A DNA stretch of 31,521 nt from a virus (lineage: Duplodnaviria; Caudoviricetes), in IMG/VR virus record IMGVR_UViG_3300011335_000460, positions 1 to 31,521 of that record. The stretch is one strand, 5' to 3'. The notes beneath the pieces were generated by a model. That model saw nothing but the letters and a program-made list of their open reading frames with translations, ran no database searches and was not told the DNA's origin. A program made the position numbers and the translations under genes. Positions 27,153 through 31,521 of this stretch are shown in pieces (within the stretch, counting starts at the first letter, position 1; each line of letters begins with the position of its first letter).

Positions 27153-27183
27153 GCCGCCAGTCCCCCCGACTGGCGGCATTTTT
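27153..27183 (+). terminator. Intrinsic terminator, + strand
   Basis: GCCGCCAGTC-ccccc-GACTGGCGGC followed by ATTTTT. Confidence 0.65.
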
Positions 27184-27188
27184 CTGTC

Positions 27189-27776
27189 CTACCAGTAGGA
27201 CAATGTTCCGGCCCACTGCGGAACCTTAGCATTCGCGGCAAGTTGAATGTATTGCTTCCGGTATCGTTCAGCCTTGCGAACTAGCTTTCCGTTGAACGGA
27301 TTGCCGCTAACGTGGCATGACGACATTTGAGCCTGTGTTTTCGCGCCCAGCTTTACGCAACGCTCCATGTGCCGAATACCGGCCTCGATCTGCGTAGCGC
27401 ATGACGAGTTCAGATCCGACACACTGATGCCCAGGGACATGGCGCTGCCGGGCAATACCTGCATTGGGCCTACAGCGCGCCCGTGGCGGGTCTTAGGGCC
27501 GCGCACGTTGCATGTGTAGCTGGACTCGATCTTGGCGATCTTGAGGGCCGGAACAACCCATTCCTCGCCCATCCGGCTACGGACTTTGTTGGCAATTTCC
27601 TGCGCCACTTTCATCTTTGATCCGTTCAGGTTTTCGCGCGGCGGCGAATACGTCGAGACCTGTTTCCTGTCATTGGCGAAGAAGATGGCCGGATTGTCGT
27701 CGCCGTCCCATGCGACGCTTGTGAGTGACGATGCTAAAATAGCCGAGACGGTGGCAGCCATAATTGCTTTCTTCAT
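27189..27776 (-). CDS. Secreted lytic transglycosylase (SLT domain)
   Basis: Signal peptide MKKAIMAATVSAILASSLTSVA; IAKIES, AVGPMQV, IEAGIRHM; AGGAG RBS. Confidence 0.85.
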   Translation of the reverse strand: MKKAIMAATVSAILASSLTSVAWDGDDNPAIFFANDRKQVSTYSPPRENLNGSKMKVAQEIANKVRSRMGEEWVVPALKIAKIESSYTCNVRGPKTRHGRAVGPMQVLPGSAMSLGISVSDLNSSCATQIEAGIRHMERCVKLGAKTQAQMSSCHVSGNPFNGKLVRKAERYRKQYIQLAANAKVPQWAGTLSYW

Positions 27777-27847
27777 GCGTGCTCCTGTTGTGGTCGGCTT
27801 GCTAGGCCGTGTGTTCTCTCCGGGTAGTCAACGTGACGGGGACGATA

Positions 27848-28054
27848 TTACTCCCGTGGGGCGGATTGGGCAAATGGAAGAAGGGAACCGATGGAGGCAG
27901 CCTCTATCGCGTCACGCTGGGCGGCGCGGATGAGGTCGGCGATCTCGTCGCACGACCCCTGCAATTTGCTACCCATCCGGTCAAAGCATTCGCATTCGCC
28001 ATGATGGAATTTGTCGCACTTGGCTTCTTTTGCCCATTCCTCTGCGGTTTTCAT
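27848..28054 (-). CDS. Small hypothetical protein
   Basis: GGAGG RBS; MKTAEEWAKE...LIRAAQRDAIEAA. Confidence 0.65.
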   Translation of the reverse strand: MKTAEEWAKEAKCDKFHHGECECFDRMGSKLQGSCDEIADLIRAAQRDAIEAASIGSLLPFAQSAPRE

Positions 28055-28101
28055 TGGCTGGCCTCCCTATCACGTAGCCGCTTCACAAGATCGTCGGTCA
28101 T
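28051..28101 (-). pseudogene. 16-codon stub MTDDLVKRLRDREASQ
   Basis: GGAG RBS; start resembles that of ORF 28070-28426; ATGA overlap with the next gene. Confidence 0.5.
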
Positions 28102-28426
28102 CTGTCTTCTCCATCGATGGTTTGCCATCAACAATCTTCAAATTTCCAACAAAACAATATTTTCCGTTTTTATCTATTGCCCCTACCAGACAAGATTTAG
28201 CAATTATTGCAACAACTAGATCTAATGGTTGTTGAGACAAAATATCAACAAAACCTTTTTCTAATTGCTCAATGCGGTCGGCCGCTCCTTCTAACCTGTC
28301 GTCGTTAATGATACTCCGCAACCGCTCTATCTCGTCGGCGGCTTCTTTCTTAATTGGTTCTATGACCGGACCAAAGAACGTATCAATGACTGGTTCAAGT
28401 AACCGCTTCACAAGATTGTCAACCAT
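28070..28426 (-). CDS. Small phage protein of the LVKRL...EAADEIERLR type
   Basis: Two copies of AAD[ER]IE[RQ]L; TAATG coupling to the upstream gene. Confidence 0.7.
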   Translation of the reverse strand: MVDNLVKRLLEPVIDTFFGPVIEPIKKEAADEIERLRSIINDDRLEGAADRIEQLEKGFVDILSQQPLDLVVAIIAKSCLVGAIDKNGKYCFVGNLKIVDGKPSMEKTDDRRSCEAAT

Positions 28427-28617
28427 TACCTATCCTCTGGGTTATTAGCGTATCCGCTATAAATCCAATATGGGTATGGAAATCCGTCAACTCGCACGCG
28501 CCAGACGCTCTGGAGCCAGAACGTAACGCGCTCTTCAGCGTCGGGGTTGGGTATCGTGACGGGATACCAAGCAAACCATCTGTGCCATTTGCGTTTCTCT
28601 TTATCAGACCATCTCAT
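28426..28617 (-). CDS. Trp-rich small protein (63 aa)
   Basis: MRWSDKEKRKWHRWFAWYPV...FWLQSV; AAGGAG upstream of ATG 28617. Confidence 0.7.
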   Translation of the reverse strand: MRWSDKEKRKWHRWFAWYPVTIPNPDAEERVTFWLQSVWRVRVDGFPYPYWIYSGYANNPEDR

Positions 28618-28831
28618 TTTGGCTTGTCTCCTTCCAATGCACGTTCCGCCCCATCGTGATGTTAGTCTGCGCTCTGACTTCTGGATTGCGCCAACACCAC
28701 ACTTCTCCGGTATCTTGCTGGAAACATACCCATACCAAATCATGCTCGATCCCGTAATCAATCAGCGCCTGCGCGAGCGCCTTACCCTTAGGGGTTTCTA
28801 GCGGTATCGGCGGGTTTAATTGTATGATCAT
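28604..28831 (-). CDS. Small phage protein (75 aa)
   Basis: QLNPPIPLETPKGKALA...IDYG...WVCF...GEVW; AAGGAAGG RBS; first gene after the leftward promoter. Confidence 0.8.
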   Translation of the reverse strand: MIIQLNPPIPLETPKGKALAQALIDYGIEHDLVWVCFQQDTGEVWCWRNPEVRAQTNITMGRNVHWKETSQNEMV

Positions 28832-28866
28832 CGGGGCGGCCTTCCTTGTTAATCATTTGCCTCATC

Positions 28867-28894
28867 AAAATACGCCTCTTGCTTTTCTTGTCAA
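28867..28894 (-). promoter_or_regulatory. Leftward sigma70-type promoter
   Basis: TTGACA-N16-TATTTT on the minus strand. Confidence 0.65.
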
Positions 28895-28907
28895 GAACTT
28901 TTATCAT
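28879..28907 (+). promoter_or_regulatory. Rightward sigma70-type promoter overlapping a palindrome
   Basis: TTGCTT-N17-TATCAT; palindrome TTCTTG-T-CAAGAA at 28885-28897. Confidence 0.6.
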
Positions 28908-28916
28908 CAAATCACG

Positions 28917-29123
28917 ATGACAGATGGAACCGGCAATGCAAGAGACTGGCGCGAGGCGCTCACAAAAGACGAGCGGTTGGAAATCCGGGAGATCGAGCGG
29001 GCCATTAAACGCCTATGCGCCGATCTTGCAAAACTCCGGCTTGCTCGCCGCAGAATCCAGAACCGCGCAACTAACCGTGAAGCATACGCAGAGCGGGTGC
29101 GTTTGCAAGATACAGGGACGTAG
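28917..29123 (+). CDS. Small basic coiled-coil protein (68 aa), probably near-leaderless
   Basis: ATG 9 nt after the -10 box, no SD; DWREALTKDE...RRRIQNRA. Confidence 0.7.
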   Translation: MTDGTGNARDWREALTKDERLEIREIERAIKRLCADLAKLRLARRRIQNRATNREAYAERVRLQDTGT

Positions 29124-29136
29124 CATAGGAGCCGTC

Positions 29137-29229
29137 ATGTTAGCTCTACTGATCCTGAAATGCCTCGCCAGCGAACCGTGCGACGGCTATATGCGGCGAT
29201 ATCAACGTGTCATTGAACAGCAACCGTAG
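29137..29229 (+). pseudogene. Truncated duplicate of the 29759-29971 gene start (30 aa)
   Basis: First 16 aa identical, then an unrelated 14-aa tail. Confidence 0.65.
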
Positions 29230-29296
29230 AGGAGCCAAGGTGGCTTCGTTACGAACGCACCTGCATAACGCAGGCGCCTTAGATTAGGAGGTTGTG

Positions 29297-29623
29297 ATGG
29301 ACGCCGTAGTTCGTGAGCCGGTACAAGTGTTCTCGGTCGCAGAATACATCGCGGAAGAGCTAGAAGCGCGTGGCTGGACAACCCGCGACTTGGCGGCGCG
29401 GATGAGCGATAAGGTCGCGCCGGGTATTCGGGTTCTTGCTCTCGACCTCATGCTCGCGTGCGCGAACGAGCCGGGTCTTCTAATCGAAGATGACGACCTG
29501 CGCGACTTCGCCCACGCATTCGATGTTGATACCGATCTGTTCTGCAAACTTCATGCGGTTTGGTTGGCGTGGCCGGATCGCCGGTCGCTGTTCGATTGCC
29601 CAGAACATATTTTGTCAAAATAG
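29297..29623 (+). CDS. HigA/XRE-like helix-turn-helix protein
   Basis: VFSVAEYIAEELEARGWTTRDLAARM...FAHAFDVDTDLFCKLH; GGAGG RBS. Confidence 0.75.
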   Translation: MDAVVREPVQVFSVAEYIAEELEARGWTTRDLAARMSDKVAPGIRVLALDLMLACANEPGLLIEDDDLRDFAHAFDVDTDLFCKLHAVWLAWPDRRSLFDCPEHILSK

Positions 29624-29633
29624 GAGAGTACAC

Positions 29634-29750
29634 GTGAGCTACATTGGAGACGGAATTGCCGACGCCGTTGGCCGCCAGATTATCAAAATCGCTGTCTGGC
29701 TGGCGCTACTGCTCGCCGCCGCATTTGCAGCCGGATATTTCGTAAAATAG
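29634..29750 (+). CDS. 38-aa single-TM peptide
   Basis: GTG after AGGAG; MSYIGDGIADAVGRQIIKIAVWLALLLAAAFAAGYFVK. Confidence 0.65.
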   Translation: MSYIGDGIADAVGRQIIKIAVWLALLLAAAFAAGYFVK

Positions 29751-29758
29751 GAGCCGTC

Positions 29759-29971
29759 ATGTTAGCTCTATTGATCCTGAAATGCCTCGCCAGCGAACCG
29801 TGCGACGTGCTGCACGCCGAAGTCGTCTATCAGGGTGAGTTTATGCCGCTGGATCTGTGCCAGCGAGAGGCTCTGCTAATCCTGAAGGCATTGCCGCCGC
29901 TGCCGGATGACCAGACATACGCGGCGGCATGTGTAGGGCGAACGTATATCGACAGGATGAAGTCGCTATGA
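29759..29971 (+). CDS. Small Cys-containing hypothetical protein
   Basis: AGGAG RBS; hydrophobic start; four Cys. Confidence 0.65.
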   Translation: MLALLILKCLASEPCDVLHAEVVYQGEFMPLDLCQREALLILKALPPLPDDQTYAAACVGRTYIDRMKSL

Positions 29972-30223
29972 ATCCATGCTCCATGCTCGTTTAAGCGCGC
30001 TACTGTTTGCGCCAACAAACTTCGGGCCGCTCATATCAACGGCAATGACGACCGCATCCCGGTATGCGTTCAGTAACTTATGAGTGCGCGCCAAGTCGTC
30101 GATTAATTCGTTCAACAACTTATCAGTGCGCTTCAAGTCGTCGATCAACTGCCGTAGATCATCCTTATTGACAGGAAACGTCAACCACGGGTCGCGGTTA
30201 ATCTCGTTCAGGTCAATCATCAT
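29966..30223 (-). CDS. Small protein with a 14-aa internal duplication
   Basis: GGAG RBS; LIDDLKRTDKLLNE / LIDDLARTHKLLNA. Start is 30223 or 30220. Confidence 0.65.
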   Translation of the reverse strand: MMIDLNEINRDPWLTFPVNKDDLRQLIDDLKRTDKLLNELIDDLARTHKLLNAYRDAVVIAVDMSGPKFVGANSSALKRAWSMDS

Positions 30224-30235
30224 ATGTCTCCATGT

Positions 30236-30263
30236 AAAAGCCGCCACCATTGCTGGTAGCGGC
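30236..30263 (-). terminator. Intrinsic terminator, - strand
   Basis: GCCGCTACCA-gcaa-TGGTGGCGGC-TTTT downstream of ORF 30283-30639. Confidence 0.75.
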
Positions 30264-30282
30264 CATAGTCGTCAACGGCCTG

Positions 30283-30639
30283 TTAGTCCGCCACGCGCCG
30301 AACTTGTTCCGTGAACGGATTAAACTCGCGGCTGACGCGGAATTCGTACACGCCGGGGTCGAGATGGAACGATCCGTGCGGTGTAGCTGCATCCTGAACA
30401 AACTCTTCCGGGTCGTGCAGGATAGCGTAGAAGATCTGCATTCCCGCAGGCACGTTACTGGTGCGCTCGATCACGTCGCCTCCGGTAACGACATGGTGAT
30501 GCCCTTGTTCGCTGTGGCTGATGATGTAACCCCGCGCTACGCGCTCGGCGGGCTTCGTCTCGATCTTCGCCGGAATGGCGTCGATCTTGATGATGCGGAC
30601 TTCGCCTTGCTGACCGATAATTTGCTTGCTCATATTCAT
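30283..30639 (-). CDS. His-motif beta protein, partner of the DUF6745-like gene
   Basis: QQGEV, SEQGHHH, H-x4-LDPGVYEF-x3-REFNP; ATGA overlap with the upstream gene. Confidence 0.75.
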   Translation of the reverse strand: MNMSKQIIGQQGEVRIIKIDAIPAKIETKPAERVARGYIISHSEQGHHHVVTGGDVIERTSNVPAGMQIFYAILHDPEEFVQDAATPHGSFHLDPGVYEFRVSREFNPFTEQVRRVAD

Positions 30640-31521
30640 GTCCTATGCGGTGGATGAGTATATTCGCTTTGCGGATCACCAATTCGCCAAGCCTGTGCTG
30701 CGAGCGCCGTATCAATCGGCAACCCGTCGATGTCGGAAGTGTACGGGACACCCTCGACAATAATTCCGTTGCGTGGGCAACGAGCCTTCAGGAACCTACC
30801 CGGTTCTTTAAGCCCCGGCAACGACAATTCGATCAACTGGCCCATGTCGTCATTACCACTGTCGTGGATAACTCGAGCTTTAAGCACGTCCAGCATACGT
30901 GGCCAGCCGACAATCTCAGCCCCGGCAGCTCGCTGCTCGACGTTTTCAGCCCTTATAACTTCATTGGGATCGAGCGTAGCGCGCTGCTCAATCCAGTGCG
31001 CCGGAACACTGACACCGTGCCAGTGATACGGGCTCCATCCATCGCGCCAACGGTGCGACGGGCCGGTCTCGCAATGCGGGCGGTTCATGTCATCAATACG
31101 GATAAGCTCGGGGAAGTCAGACACCATGCAGAAGTCTTCGTGCATGACGCGAAACCCGCCGTGAATTGCAGCCTGTTCCCAGTGCGCGTATGCGGCGTGC
31201 GACGGTAGTTGTAAACCAAGAATATCTCGCGCAGCAGTTAAGTAAGAATCATATGGTGCCCACATATTGCCGCCCTGATAGTTATACGCCCACCGTTTCG
31301 CGCACGCTAAACCTAACGATCCTGCGAGTAATTTACATACATCTGCTGCGTCGTACGTGGCGTTGCGCGTGGCGGCGTCCGTGGCGTTGAGCGTGGCGTT
31401 GCGCGTGGCGTTGCGCGTGGCGGCGAGCGTGGCGTCGTACGTGGCGGCGTGCGTGGCGTTGAGCGTGGCGTTGCGCGTGGCGGTGAGCGTGGCGTCGTAC
31501 GTGGCGGCGTGCGGGGCGTCG
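30636..31521 (-). CDS. DUF6745-like protein with an N-terminal tetrapeptide repeat tract (5' end outside the window)
   Basis: The frame stays open from the window end (..ATRNATYDAADVCKLL..YQGGNMW); RPHCETGPSHRWRDGW..YHWHGVSVP; ENVEQR. Confidence 0.75.
   Translation of the reverse strand, partial: DAPHAATYDATLTATRNATLNATHAATYDATLAATRNATRNATLNATDAATRNATYDAADVCKLLAGSLGLACAKRWAYNYQGGNMWAPYDSYLTAARDILGLQLPSHAAYAHWEQAAIHGGFRVMHEDFCMVSDFPELIRIDDMNRPHCETGPSHRWRDGWSPYHWHGVSVPAHWIEQRATLDPNEVIRAENVEQRAAGAEIVGWPRMLDVLKARVIHDSGNDDMGQLIELSLPGLKEPGRFLKARCPRNGIIVEGVPYTSDIDGLPIDTALAAQAWRIGDPQSEYTHPPHRT
31347..31521 (-). repeat. 12-bp coding minisatellite (A-T-x-x, ~14 units)
   Basis: + strand units of CGTGGC plus six variable bases, encoding ATRN, ATLN, ATYD, ATHA, ATDA, ATLA, ATLT. 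Confidence 0.92.

Larger units (their letters stand above)
29125..29807 (+). repeat. 61-bp direct repeats flanking a 561-bp insert
   Basis: 29125-29185 and 29747-29807, one mismatch; each holds an RBS plus the first 16 codons MLALLILKCLASEPCD. Confidence 0.95.

Noticed and set aside
30250-31208. Plus-strand ORFs 30250-30657 and 30645-31208
   Set aside because: Antisense to two motif-bearing minus-strand genes that have their own terminator.
1-31521. tRNA, rRNA, integrase, terminase, portal or prohead protease genes
   Set aside because: None recognisable in the window, so lifestyle and packaging mode cannot be determined.

Overview
The whole window is part of a tailed dsDNA phage genome, most likely short-tailed because no tape-measure, tail tube or sheath gene is visible. 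The host is probably an alphaproteobacterium: the phage carries a GcrA homologue and PLPPRRP repeats. Positions 76-26584 (+) form the late operon: a Lys/Gly-rich protein, a GroES-like co-chaperonin, a scaffold, capsid-region genes with the major capsid protein, adaptor and tail genes, two fibres, an embedded lysis cassette (GH19 endolysin, holin), a nozzle-like protein, a GNAT, a free-standing GIY-YIG endonuclease and two large ejection proteins. Positions 26595-31521 are a mostly minus-strand accessory region: GcrA, a secreted lytic transglycosylase, small ORFs, a divergent promoter pair, a plus-strand cassette island bounded by 61-bp direct repeats, and a truncated DUF6745-like gene with 12-bp repeats. 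The best candidate for an undescribed system has three parts. A 1412-aa ejection 'polyprotein' carries two internal S74 self-cleaving domains, each followed by aromatic-x-x-GG motifs. About 20 copies of a related x-x-x-GG motif are confined to five putative internal virion proteins. A stand-alone protein has two GG...G[SE]YV modules that might read or cut the motif. All family assignments come from motif recognition by eye; no database searches were run.
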